Shown here in pieces: positions 40,501 through 54,591 of a stretch of DNA of 64,000 nt. A program made the position numbers and the translations under genes. Where the stretch lies: assembly GCF_006345805.1 (NCBI RefSeq), contig NC_042999.1, positions 41,416,001 through 41,480,000 on the forward strand. Reading direction: 5' to 3'. The stretch is from Octopus sinensis (lineage: Eukaryota). The notes below the pieces were generated by a model that saw only the letters and a list, made by a program, of their open reading frames with translations, did no database searches and was not told the DNA's origin. How positions within the stretch are numbered: the stretch's first letter is position 1; every line of letters begins with the position of its first letter.

Positions 40501-43500
40501 GAGGACCGCGATATATGCGTGAAAGGACCCAAGACGCCTTGACCACGTGCGCATTTACGGCCGGCCGGACCTCTTTTATCACCTACACGCAACAATCCAG
40601 CTGCGACGAAATCACTCGCGAAATCCTCCCGGGTCATCTCACACCCATCGACACGACATCGTTGCTAGGGTTTTCCGTCTGAATTTGGGCAAAATGAAGG
40701 ATTTGATAGTTAAGGGTCAGATTTTCGGGCATGTCAGGTGCCACATGTTTTCGGTCGAGTGGCAAAAGAGGGCTTGCCACATGCTCACATCTTAATTTGG
40801 CTCACTCATAAAATCGAGACTAATGACATTGACAAATTCATTTCCGCCGAGATTCCTGACCCCGATGAACCCCGGACTCTACGAAATTGTCCGCACTACC
40901 ATGGTACACGGGCCCTGTGGACCAAATTACGCCAACACACCATGCTACAAAAACGGATTAGCCTGCTCAAAGGGATTCCCTAAACGGTTCACTTTGGAGA
41001 CTCAAACAGGCGGCGATGGGTATCCGCTGTACAAACGAAGGAGTCCAGCCAATGGAGGCCGCACGATTACGGTTGGGCGACATCAAGTGGACAACAGCTA
41101 CATTGTCCCCTACTGTCCTCTCCTGTCGAAGATATTCAAAGCCCACGTCAACGTTGAGTTCTGCAGCTCCATCAGGTCAATACAATATGTCTGCAAATAT
41201 CAACAAGGCAGCGATGCTGCCATGTTCAGCATCCAGAGGACCACCAGTCGCGACGAAGTGTCCACTACTTGGCTGGCCGGTACCTCAGCAGCAACGAAGC
41301 GTTTTGGCGCATTTACGGCTTCCGCTCCATCAGAGGACACCCGGCTGTGGTGCAGCTTGCTGTACACTTGGAAAATGGACAGCGGATTTACTTCACAGAG
41401 CAAAGTGCTGTGCAGATAGCCACCAGCCCTAAAGACACAACGTTGACTGGTTTCTTCAAATTATGCCAACGTGATGACTTCGCTCGAACGCTTTTGTACC
41501 CACAGGTCCCATCGTACTTCGTGTGGTCTAAAAACACCTGGGTTCGACGGAAATCCGCAAAAACGTCGAAAGCTTCCCAGGCGTCAAGTTTGACTCCTGC
41601 CTGGGTCGAGTTTACAACATCCCGCCAAACCAGCAAGAATGCTTCTACCTCCGTCTCCTTCTACATGAGGTCACTGGTCCAACAGGTTTCGCCAATATAC
41701 GTACCGTCAATGGGGTTCTGTGCGACACCTTCAGGGAAGCATGTATGAGACTTGGCCTTCTAGAGGATGACTCCCAGTGGGACGCCACGATGGCAGAGGG
41801 TGCTTTACTGCAAACGCATTCGGCCCTACGACTCTTTTCGCATCCTTCTTCAAAAATGTCAGCTTAGTCATCCACTAAGTCTCTGGATGAAATACAGGAT
41901 GACATGTCGCACGACTTCTTACGTACGGCTCAGCAACACTGCCCTTCCGCCGAGATCACGTTCACCAACTTCATTTACAATTTTGCGCTCATTCAACTCG
42001 AAGACGCTGTCATCGATATGGGTGGGTCTGCTTTAACAGAGTACGGCCTTCCACCACCCACACGTGAACACGCCAATGTTATGTCTGCTGAATTGTTACG
42101 CGAAACTTCCTACTGCATTGAGGAACTGCACCAGTACGTCCAAGATAATGAACCACGGCTGCTTCCAGACCAGCGCATAGCCTACAACACCATCGTAGAC
42201 TCTGTCAGACAGCAACGTGGGGGGGGTTTCTTCCTTGATGCACCCGGCGGCACAGGCAAACCTTCGTCACTAAACTAATTCTGGCAGAGGTCAGACGCAA
42301 CACGGACATTGCCCTGGCTGTAGCTTCCTCTGGTATCGCGGCCACGTTGCTTCCGGGTGGCAGAACCGCCCACTCTGCCTTCAGACTCCCGCTCGATCTG
42401 GCAAAGTCCGAGTCACCTATCTGCAACATCGCCAAGAACTCAGAACAGGCCGACATTCTTCGCAGATGCAAACTCATCGTATGGGACGAGTGCACTATGG
42501 CACACAAAGGCGCCCTTGAGGCACTGGACAGGTCCCTGCAAGACATCAGAGACTCTACGGCCCCCATGGGAGGATTAACTTTACTTCTTTCAGGAGACTT
42601 CAGGCAGACTCTACCTGTTATTCCAAAAGGAACCCGTGCCGATGCCGTGCGCGCGTGCCTTAAGTCGTCAGCTCTTTGGGCACATGTGCGGCCCTTGCAC
42701 CTCCAAACTAACATGCGCGCAGTTAAGTTAATGGTGACAGCGGATCCGCTGCATTCTCCAGGGACCTCTTATCGTCGCTCGGTGAAATAGGATGCTGTCT
42801 GATGCGGATGGCTACGTTCAATTGGACTCACTTTGCACCATTGTCGACACCCCTGCTAGCCTCCGGGACGCTGTCTTCCACGACCTACAAAACAATTTAC
42901 GCGACCTAAAATGGCTGGCAGGCAGAGCTATTCTCGCACCAAAAATACAACCGTCAACTTCATCAATATCCAGCTACTTGAAGCTATTCCTGGTGATGTC
43001 CACGTCTACAAATCTATAGATAGGACAGCAGACCCGCCCAGCTTGCCGATTATCCTGTTGAATTCCTGAATTCACTTGAACCGCCAGGCGTGCCACCACA
43101 CATCCTGAAGTTAAAAGTCGGTGCGCCATTATGCTCATCAGGAATTTGGTTCCACCTAAACAGTGCAACGGCACACGTTTGGTTGTGAAACATTTGGCAC
43201 CACATTTAATAACGGCCACAATACTTACCGGTTGTGGGAAGGGAGAGGACGTCTTCATTCCACGGATGCACCTTCAACCGTCGGGCGCTGACCTACCAAT
43301 CCACTTCAGGCGTTCTCAGTTTCCTGTTAAACTCTGCTTCGCAATGTCCATCAATAAATCCCAAGGCCAAACGCTACAAGTCGCTGGTTACATTTGGGCG
43401 AACAGTGCTTCGCCCACGGTCAACTCTACGTGGGCTGTTCACGCGTTGGGAGGCGCAATGATGTTTTCATGTTTTCGCCCAAACGGACAGCTAGGAACAT

Positions 43501-43646
43501 CGTATATACAGAAGTATTCCAGTGAAGACAAGACATTGCAACGTCCACATGCACCTTCGTTCCCTGGAGGGAAAGGACTACATTGGGATTAGTCGTTGCC
43601 TACTAGGGGCTCTTACATACCCGGGCAACGCGGGCTATGCTGCTAG
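37591..43646 (+). mobile_element. Full-length autonomous-type Helitron (6056 bp)
   Basis: 5' A|TCTCTATATATAAACGG at 37591; 3' cccgggcaacgcggg hairpin (43620-34), then ctatgctgCTAG|T (CTAG at 43643-46); inserted between A and T in a (TA)n run; encodes RepHel. Confidence 0.93.
38733..43525 (+). pseudogene. Helitron Rep-helicase (RepHel), about 1600 codons, split by more than 12 frameshifts as assembled
   Basis: ATG 38733 (MPPKKRR); 23-aa repeats; Zn-finger CQFCKAKKW..E..G.CC..GKV; Rep motifs PDLFIT, VEWQKRGLPHAHILIWL (about 40754-40800) and YVCKY; PIF1 helicase motifs FLDAPGGTGK (about 42230-60), IVWDECTM, GDFRQTLPV, CNGTRL, QFPVKLCFAMSINKSQGQT, HGQLYVGCSRV; ends RNIVYTEVFQ, TGA at 43523-25. 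Confidence 0.92.
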
Positions 43647-44440
43647 TATATATATAATATATATATATACTAAGCAATAAAGGTTTAGCAACGAATTGCC
43701 TTACACATACCGAATTTAGAAATAGCAGTCAAAGAGTTATAGCATTTCTTCTACTAAAAGGGAGATCTCCGTAAAAAATATATATATATATATATACATA
43801 TATGTGTGTGTGTGTGTATTATGTATATAATTGTTTCTGATTAGTGATTGCCTACTTTCATTTCTAAGAAAGATTTGGTTAAAGGTCGTTTGCATTGTTA
43901 TTCCTATAGAAAGCCATAACTGCCATCTGCTGTCCGATTGTCTTTTTTATTGATACAAGGATTTCCTTTTTAGAATCAGGACAATCGCTACAATTTTCCT
44001 GAAGAATGCGCAGAGGATATATCTAGCTACGTTTCTTTATTGAGTCTTACTGTGTATTTTAGAAATAAATTGTGCATGCTACGTTTGATGGTAATATATT
44101 TCGAAAAGTAGAATGTTTACGAATACAGCAGTATTGTTTTTTGTTGATTTATCAACACCACAATCACAGTTTCATATACATAGAGGGAAAAACAAATATG
44201 TAAACACAAAAAGAAATAAATTCATTTTCTGCTTTAACCTACTCAGGATAACTTTATTTTGATGTATTTTTTTTTATATGCGAAATAATATACTTAATAT
44301 ATAGTATGATGACGATCAAAACATCTAATTCCGTATTTTCTTGTTGCTTCTTTTTTTCTTTGTTCTTTCATTGTTATACTTTTGTCCTTCTTTTCACTAA
44401 TTCTTGTTTTTTTTTTCTTCTTTTTTTTTTCTATTTTCAG

Positions 44441-45682
44441 GCTGGATCGAAAGATGCTATATCTGAAGTACAACTTCCTAAAGATGAAGTAATTGCCAAT
44501 ACCGCTACTCTAAGCAGAGAGAACAACTCCTATGACAGCTTAAACCACGTGTACAAGGATGCACGCCTGCATCGCCACCAACATACACATCGCTCTGGTG
44601 GGAGAGCAAGTGGACATCCCTTACCCGTTAGTGCTAGCTTTTCAAGCTATAAGAAGCTGTCTGAGGAGACTCCCTCCCCTAAGAGCACGTCCCCTACGTC
44701 TGGCTGTACTGTCAATGATTCCGTGTTTGATGACCGATCGCAGCGTCACGACTCCAGCACACCCATCAGTGGTGCAACAGAACCCGGCGGAAAGCTTCCA
44801 GTTAATGTCATAGAAAACTACTACTACTACCCAGGTAGTATACCAGGGTCCGATAGCAGTGCGCCCGAAGGCGGCGGTGTATATTTTGATGATGATAGTG
44901 CCGAAGATGAATTACAACATCCTCAGAGAGATCTGATATACGGTGAGGGACCCAGAATGAGAAACGAAAGTATCCAAGTAGGTGCGAGCAGTACTTTAGC
45001 TATGAAGGGTCCGAACCACCATTATGGCCGTGACCCCGATGATAGCGAGATTCACTGTAATAGCTATGGTGTGTACGAAGATCTTGATCAACCGCGACCG
45101 TACGACTGGGACGACGAAGACAATATGCGCCACGGCTACGCACAATCTGCTTCTGACACACCTGAAGTAAGCTATTGCTATGGTAGGGGTGTACGACAAA
45201 ACGACAGATTCAGACACAGGCCTCAAACTATAGCCAGGTCACGCAGGAACGTGTACGAGTACCCTGACATGGATCACAGGGAATTGCCGCCACTTCCTCC
45301 GCCGCCACCACCGACTTTTATGCCACGGCTAGGAACGGTAGTGACGCCTTCGAAAAGTCACTACCACCATTATCATTATCCGTCGCGCCAATCGTTGGAA
45401 GATGACGGCGAGAGAACGCTGTACGTGCGCCGACATCCCCATCACACGCCCGAAAGTATCATGTTGCGAGGTCTGCCACCGACTCCGAGGAACCACTACG
45501 AATATCCCGGGGTCGATGTCGACTGTCGTGGGTTGACGCTACCGCCTCCACCACCGCCACCACCACCACCACCGCCGCCCCCAACTGGAAATTCGCGACA
45601 ACAAAATAGTCGACGGCCATCGCTTATGAAGTTGCTTTGCCTTGTATCTTCCACGCCACCAAACAAAAATGTAACCGATTGA
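44441..45682 (+). CDS. Large (probably terminal) coding exon of an unidentified host gene; disordered Ser/Tyr/Pro-rich signalling-type tail, 413 aa
   Basis: Long polypyrimidine tract ending ctattttcag| at 44440; open frame (phase 0) AGSKDAISEVQLPK...NKNVTD* to TGA 45680-82; ordinary, non-microsatellite codon composition; YEDL, two YEYP and two polyproline runs. Upstream exons were not found. Confidence 0.8.
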   Translation, partial: AGSKDAISEVQLPKDEVIANTATLSRENNSYDSLNHVYKDARLHRHQHTHRSGGRASGHPLPVSASFSSYKKLSEETPSPKSTSPTSGCTVNDSVFDDRSQRHDSSTPISGATEPGGKLPVNVIENYYYYPGSIPGSDSSAPEGGGVYFDDDSAEDELQHPQRDLIYGEGPRMRNESIQVGASSTLAMKGPNHHYGRDPDDSEIHCNSYGVYEDLDQPRPYDWDDEDNMRHGYAQSASDTPEVSYCYGRGVRQNDRFRHRPQTIARSRRNVYEYPDMDHRELPPLPPPPPPTFMPRLGTVVTPSKSHYHHYHYPSRQSLEDDGERTLYVRRHPHHTPESIMLRGLPPTPRNHYEYPGVDVDCRGLTLPPPPPPPPPPPPPPTGNSRQQNSRRPSLMKLLCLVSSTPPNKNVTD

Positions 45683-46359
45683 CATGTCACTCTAAACCAC
45701 CTCATGGCACCAAAGTACCCAATAATGGTCTGTTCTATATAGAATAACAAACAAAGTAATTGAATATATAACAAACAAAAAAAAAACGGCGACTAATTTA
45801 GAGCCTTGTTATATATACGAATAGGCTGCTATTTATAGCACCATAGAAAGAGGTTGGGATAGAGATTGAGAAGAAGGGAGCTGAGAAAGCGAAACAAGCG
45901 CCAGAAAGATAAGAGAAATTGTGTGAGTGTGCGTGCATGCCAGGAGAGGAAAGAGAAGTAGTAGAAGTTGAGATTATATGGATTAAAAAGAAGAAAAAAA
46001 AAGAGGGATGAAAGAAAGAGAGAGAGAGAGTGAGAGGAAGTGTTTGTGTTCATGTGTGAGTGTAAGAGAGAATGTGAGAGAGAGAAAAAAACAAGAGAGA
46101 GAAAGAGACGAGAAGCGAGATGCTCAATCTTAAGATATACAGTAAGTCACAAAAAAAAAATGGTGAATCCAGCTAATAATAGCCTTCTTATTGTCTTTTC
46201 AATTACAGCGTTGCAAAATAAAGAGCACCATCATCAACAACAACTACAACAATAACAAAAAATTCACTACAAATATTGCTATCACTATCACCACCTCCAC
46301 CCTTCACGCTCGAACCAACACTAATACCTCGTTCAGTGACAACAACAATCAAGCATCAT

Positions 46360-46458
46360 GTATACATACATATATGTGTATACACATACATATATATATA
46401 CACGCATATATATATACATTTCCATATATATATATATATATACATATATATATACGTA

Positions 46459-46516
<58 letters not shown>

Positions 46517-46875
46517 GAAATATATATACATAGAAATATATATATATAGGTGTATATATATATATATATATTATATATATATATATACATATAATATATA
46601 ATACATAGAAATATATATATATATAGGTGTATATATATATATCATATTATATACATAAATATATATATCTATAATATATATATATATATATATATACATA
46701 GATATATATACATAGACAAATTAAATATATAGTAGTATAGGTGTATATATATACATATATATATATACATAGAAATATATATATATATAGGTGTATATAT
46801 ATATATACATATATATATACATATAAATATATATATATATATAACGTGTATTATATATAATATATATATATGTAC

Positions 46876-46906
<31 letters not shown>

Positions 46907-47249
46907 CGTGTATATATATTATATATATACATATAAATATATATATACGTGTATATATATATGTATATAGATATTAATATATGTATGTATATGTATATAT
47001 GAACCAATGAAAGAGTTAATTTAAAACTATTTTATTAAACAAAATGTTTTACTTATCTACATCATTGCAGCATATATGAATCAATCAATCAATCAATCAA
47101 TGACTCAATTTGCTTTTTAATCTAATTTATTAACTTAGTGATCAATGATTTTAATAACGTATTATATATATGTGTTTGTATGTGTATGTTTGTATGTACA
47201 TATGAATATATATAGACATCTATACACAGTACACATATATATATATATG

Positions 47250-47326
<77 letters not shown>

Positions 47327-47335
47327 GTATATAAT
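46360..47335. repeat. (TA)n tract with recurring catagaaatatatatatataggtgta unit
   Basis: Direct reading. Confidence 0.9.
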
Positions 47336-49497
47336 ACGTGGAGTTAGAATGATAACATAGCACTTGGAGAAAACATTAACGTCACCCGCCTCGATGACCT
47401 TAGGGTAGAAATGTGTTTCATAATGGCTGAATTGTAATAAATTATATTTACGTAATAATTATTATAATTAGGGAACCATGATGATCCACACAAGGAACAC
47501 ACAGTAAGGGGAGAATAATTACTAATATAATTTAATTGTAACATTCATACATTTAACATTAAAAAAAAATCATTTTAGCAATAATAATTATATCATTAAT
47601 CATGTCTGTCATATTCTGCTTTATACGTGCCCAAGGCTTATAGCGATGCGTTCATTTGTGTTGTGATAATACACCATCACAATAATACTATTGAAATATC
47701 AATTATTTTAGTAGTATTAGTAATAATAACAATCTGAAAAGAAAGCTATAATGAGTGTTAATAATGAAAGATTACGTTAATAACGGAATAAGTAAAGAGT
47801 TAAATAACAAAAATGAATATAAAATTTAATTAGTTAAATTAAGTAAAGAATATATAAGTATGAATTAAAATTGGATTGAGGGGATGTAATATTATATTGT
47901 AAGTGTTTAACAACGAAGGATGATGAACACACTAAAAAAAGCAAAAAGAATTTAAAATATTAGCTTCTTAAGAATAGTAAATGGTACAGCAACAGTAAAT
48001 TAAATGAAGTGGAATCTTGACATATGCCTGGAAAGTTAGAATTCCAAATATAGACGGTTTCTTGTTAGGAGCATATGTTGCAGTCTTGTCGTGAGATCAA
48101 CAAATTAGATATGTATAAAGTTTAACACATTTGGGGTAGAGAATGTTATGGGTAATTAATAGACTAAATTATTTTAAGGAATTATAGCAATAGCTTTTAT
48201 TAATGGTCTAAGTCTTAGTAATATTTAATAGAGGAAGCATGATGACAGTTTTGATCTATCTATGTCCATAGATAGAATGAAAGAAAGACAGACAGATAGA
48301 CAGACAGACAGATAGATAGATAGATAGACAGATAGATAGACAGACATATAGATAGATAGACAGACATATAGATAGATAGATAGATCATTGTATCGATCAG
48401 GATATCAGATGTTTTTCTTTTTATACACCGCTGGTCACAATGCGCTTTCTCACACTTTTTGACCCTTTAAATGATGGGCAAGCCAAAATTACTCCTTAAC
48501 CGAACGTCAGTCCGTCGCAGATTTCCCAGTTATAGTTGAGTGGTGTGGAGCAACGTGAAATGAAATATTTCGGACAATAACATAACCACTAGGCCACACC
48601 CAGATATATTTATATTACCAGTTTAGTCAGAAACTGAAGGGTACTACCCTTGATCTCTCTTTGGCAAGGCCTCTGAAGTTGGTGGGGTACATGGAAAAGA
48701 AGAAATGCAAAGACTGATTGAAAAATTAAGAGTCTGCAACTCACTATGGAATGTTTTTTCAGATCGGAGATCTGCTCTGAATGCTTACAAAAGCGGCATA
48801 GGTACTCACACGAGGTACCCTAATAAGGCCGATACATTGAATATAGTCTATTCCGCAGGTTCCCGTCTACACAGTTTCCGTTTCATCGTTGGGGCTACCC
48901 AAGATAAATGTAAAAGACTTGCTCGAGGTGCCTGAAATTGGGAATTCCGACAACACATGCATCAGTAAACACCTTTAGAGCGTCACATTCTTCAAGCCGA
49001 GGAGTCAAATGCTTTAAAATTTAAACATGAAAATAAACACAGTGAAATGACAGAATTGCCTGTGTTTCATATAGTGGATGTTTTGTGTTTTCCTTTTGAG
49101 CGGATATTTTAGAGTTGATGATAGGGAGAAAATACAGCAATGATACTCTCAAAACAACCGGCATGAAAAATAACAACAAAACATAATATTCAAAATACAA
49201 AGACCTGGAAAAAGAGGTTACTCGAATGTGGAGTCTAAAAACAGAAACAATTCCTATCATACTGTGCGCATTAGGTGTGATAAAAAAAATATTCAGACAA
49301 ATACAAAAAAAAAGCACCAGGACTAACAAATATATATATCTTACGGAAAATAACACTACTAGGCACTGCACACATTCTACGTAAAACACTTTTAATACAG
49401 TGAAAATAAGAGCATCACAACAAACTACAGCACATACCCAAGGCACGCAGAGCTGCGCTCGGCAGTGCAGTGAAAGCACGTTATAAAAATAAGACTA

Positions 49498-49541
<44 letters not shown>

Positions 49542-50189
49542 CAACACTAATGTTAATAGTAATAACGATACTAATAGCAACAGCAAAATAGCATAACAAT
49601 AATTGCATTAATGATAATGCAAGTGCCTCGATAGGTTTTGCAATAAAAGAGTTCATGTAAAACAAAACAATGATATTAATAATAAGAAGAAATACATTTT
49701 GTAGGTACGACAAGTCTATTACACAGATTTCTTTGAAATCAGTAGGAAACTTATAAGCAAGTCAACACACGATTCATATCCAGGGAACATAGAATTGCGG
49801 TCGTTAATGCATTGAGAGCAGAAGAGAAAAAAAAAACAGCCGTAATAATAAATATAATGTTAATGCCGAATATCTTATGGACAAAAATGTGACAATCACG
49901 CCTTTCCCTATGATATCAAAGATATGAAGAAAGCGGGGTCCTAAAAATAGAATCAGTTTGTCATTTACTTTCACAAAATACTTTGTTCTACTGCTTCCTA
50001 CGCCTTAATAATGATGTCGACGATGATAATAATAATAATAATAACAATAATAATAATAATGAATATAACCACAACAACAATAGTAATGATTAATATTTTA
50101 AAAGCAATACAAATAATGATAGAAAAGCAAAAGCTGATATAATGTAAAGATCATTTATTATAAAACAGTTTATGCGCATGTTTGTAATT

Positions 50190-50505
50190 CTATATATAGA
50201 TATATATATAATATGATATACATATATATATTATATTTGATATATATATATATATCATATTTGATATATATATATATATATTATATGCATATATATGATA
50301 TATATATATTATATATGATATATAATATATATTATATATGTATATATATATTATATGTATATATATATTATATGTATATATATATATATATATATATTAT
50401 ACATATATGTATATATATTATACATATATGTATATATATATTATACATATATATATATTATACATATATGTATATATATATTATATGTATATATATTATA
50501 TGTAT

Positions 50506-50539
<34 letters not shown>

Positions 50540-50580
50540 CTACAGGTGTATATAAATATGTTATGTATATATACACATAT
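50190..50580. repeat. Degenerate (TA)n tract
   Basis: Direct reading. Confidence 0.9.
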
Positions 50581-52147
50581 ATATGTATTTACTCACGCAT
50601 GTCATTCTAATTCAAATGCTGAATATGTTTCATATACCAGCTAAATTGTTATATTAGCCAAAATTACAATCACATCCATACACAAAAATAACAACACGAA
50701 ACTTACAGCAGTGGAATGAAAGACGACGATCAGAAGAAATAAAACGCCATTGATTGCTTCGCTTACACTATATACCAAATTGTTTGAGTCAAAGACAATT
50801 GCTTTAGCTTATCTTTATATTAATCTTCTATGTGCAATTGCAGACAGCTATGATAATAAATACACTATTTAGCCCATACTTGGTTGTGTGGACCATGCTT
50901 TCGCATACTTGGTTAAGTAGGGCATCGGAAATGTAAGAAATGGAAGGAGACCGTCTGTTCAAACACTTGACTTGTATACATTGTCAGCTGATTATCTTGG
51001 AGCAGCACAAAATTAAAGGCTTTTCTTGATGACTCAACACGTCCACCTACACCTTTAAGATTGGGTTTCTGCACCCTAAAGTCTAGGCCACAGAGACAAG
51101 ACAGTAAGTTTAGAAAGGTTATTTTTACAGACTTTTTTCTGGCTCAAAGCTCTGTCTGATTATCGGCTCTCGTGTCTATGAGGACCTTTCTAAAGAATAG
51201 AAAACTTTTTCCCTATAATTTGAGTCATAATTCCAAGGTTATATCAAACCGCTGTTTCACTACTAAATTATATACTCGTTTCCTTCAAATACAACGTAAT
51301 CACACAGCGGAGAAATAGAGAACAATTTTAGCCAATGGAGAAATATTGAAATCATTTAGTCAGGATATGTAGGAAGATACCAGTATAATGAATAACTTCA
51401 ATCTTTATGCTTGGGAAAGTTTACTGTATGAAATTAATGCAATTTTTATGCGCTTCCTTTAAAAGAAAAGGAAATGAAGCCTGAACGAAAAATAAACACG
51501 TTGAATAATATACAATTAAATTTGTATTAATAGAATACTAAAAAAAGTTTTAAGATAAAATAAAATGGAAAATTTTGAATATAAAATTAATAGGCAGCAA
51601 CTGAATAAATCTGTAAATTATTAAGATGCTTTTCCCGAAACAATGAATTATTGTTTCATATAAATCGATATTCAAAGCCGAGTATTAATGACTAAGCGAT
51701 AGAATATACAGTCCAAGATTGTTAGTATATTCTAAAAACAATAAAAGGGAATATAAAATATTTTAAAATTCAGATTCAGATTTTTCTCTACTTTATGAAT
51801 ACGCAATATTGAATTAAAAACTCATTTGAGGAGAGTTGTAGGTAGGAAATAAAGGAATAGGTTAATTAATGGAAAGAAAAAGGGTTACGAGAAATATTGT
51901 TTTATCTGTTCGTCACTTGCACTTTTATAGATAATCCAACATACATAGCATACGTAACGATTATTTATTTACTTGTGTCTTTCAGTAATATAATATAATA
52001 TTATAAGTTGGAGAAACTCGAATTTATACAGAAATACATACATAAAATGCACACATACATATATATTTCTATAAATACAATATATATATGTGTGTGTATG
52101 TGTGCATACATGTACCTATGCGTATAGACATACATATATATGTATAT

Positions 52148-52199
<52 letters not shown>

Positions 52200-52430
52200 T
52201 ATGTGTGTGTGTGTGTATTTATATATATTAATGTACGTAACGAATTTCCGTATTCCAATTCATAAATTTTCTTGATTAATCAAATACAATATACAAATAT
52301 AAACATGATTATAAAAAGATTTTTAAAAAAAATTGTTCATAATTTATTATCTACAAAATTAATATTATTGTTACTATCATTATTATTACTATTTTCATCA
52401 CCATAATCATTATTATTATTATTATTATTA

Positions 52431-52465
<35 letters not shown>

Positions 52466-53031
52466 GTTATTAATATTATTATTATTATTATCATTTCCAT
52501 CATCAATATTCTTAAATTCACGCTTTTACATCATTTCCTCACTAACTCATTACAACGCTGGCTTGACAAACTTCCCTTATTTTTGCTCGCTATATTTGCT
52601 GAGAGGTTCCTTTATATATTTTATTCTTGTGGAGCATACAGAACATAAACATGGTGGACGTCGATTTTTTTGCTGTGTGATGAATTCAGCTATGGAGAAT
52701 TTATATGAAATGATGAACATTGCACTTGCACTTATGTGATATGTATATACGTATGCATTTATATGTGTACGTTTATGTGTGTGCATAAACATATCTTGAT
52801 TTATATTTAACTACATATGTACATGAATATATTTCTATTCATATACATATATATATATACACGTGTATATGCATGTATGAATATATGTATGTATGTATAT
52901 ATATATATATAATGTCGGTGTGTGTGCGAATGTGTTTGCGTGAGTGTGTGTACGATATGAATGTATGTTAATAGTTTTACTATTTTCACCTTGTGGTTGT
53001 GGCCATGATGCAACACCGCTATTGATGAATG

Positions 53032-53078
<47 letters not shown>

Positions 53079-54036
53079 TATATATTTGTATTTGGTCGTG
53101 TGAACGAGTCCGTCTCATCGCACTATTTTATAAAAAATAAAATTGAGTGTTTGTTCAGTGTAATTTTATTTTTTTCAAGTCTATGTTTTATTCGTAATGT
53201 GCTTCAGACAATTTAACTACACACACATATACATACATATATGAATATATACAACTATTTAAAAAAAATGTAAAAAAAATATGTGCAAATTAGTAAAACC
53301 ACCAAAAAGATATTCAAAGAAAAATAAGGACTTTATCTTGGCACGAAACACTTTTGTCTGGTGGAGAAAAATAAATACATGAAATGAAATGAGAGAAGGA
53401 TGAAAATAATAATAATAATAATTATGGATTTATATTGAATTCTGTCATATCTTCGGAGTAGACAACATCAAGAACTACAATAATTATACAAAAAAAATTA
53501 TAATAATAAATAAAGAATGAACTTATTGAGAGAGTTCTTTTTCTCCACAGATGTGATATACACAAATTCTTGAACGAAAGAAGAAAATTATTTAAAAATA
53601 AAATTAAAAAAAGTAAAAATCTGGAACTTACAATTATATTCTATGAAAATAAAATGATTACTGAAAGTGACAAACATGTAATGAATCAAATATATATATA
53701 AAAAAAATAAGGTTTACACAATGAAGTCAAACAAAAATATATTTCGTTTGTTTCAACTCATTTATTTTTCAGCTTCGCATGCTAATAATTGAGAGATACG
53801 ACTATAGTTTATATTAACAAACTATCAGTCACATTTCCCAGTTTCGGCTCAGTTCAGATAACATACACACATTCACAGAAGCTGACTTTTGTCTTTCATC
53901 CCATCCAGGGTCCAAAATGTATGAAGAACCAGTAACCTACTGTGTCGATGGATGCTGTCGACTGTAACCCTTCCCTTAAATAAAAATTGGTTTTGTGTCC
54001 AGTTAAACTATTATTATTATTATTATTATTATTATT

Positions 54037-54591
54037 GAGTGATAGAGAAAACGCATGCCATCAAAGTGACACTGGGGTAAAATATACGAAGCCCAGTATA
54101 CTAATCATGACTACCCGTCTGATAAAGGTATACTAGGCACATGCATCACAACCATATATGCGTGACTTGGTGATTACATATCAAGATAAACAGCGTATGA
54201 CCTTGCAGGTGGGCCCAGTTACAATTTTTTTCTGATCGAGTAGTCCATCCCGCTCAAAAGGTCCCTGAATAAGAATTGTCAAAGGATGTTGAACGAACCA
54301 CCTATGTTTGCAGAGGTGAATTATCCAAACCTCCAAGAATTCCTTTCAACCAACGGCTATGATGCTACCCCACTACTTCTGCTCATGATCAGAGATGCAC
54401 ATATCGTCAGCCACTAATGGACATGGTCAACAGGTTAAGGTCAAACAATTTACAAGCAAATCTGTGTTATTGAGCAGAATATTTGCTGTAGCCCATCTTT
54501 TATACCAAGACAAAACAATGTACATAATAACACTTCCAATCAGTTAAGATCAGAAGCCATGAGAGCCACTGTCTGGTACAGCATCAGGGCA
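54037..54591 (-). mobile_element. Unclassified ~560-bp repeat, copy C
   Basis: Reverse complement of copies A/B; flanked by (ATT)n. Confidence 0.85.

Noticed and set aside
44306-44440. N-terminal 45 codons of the 458-aa ORF
   Set aside because: Phe/Leu string from the intronic polypyrimidine tract; the real exon starts after the AG at 44440
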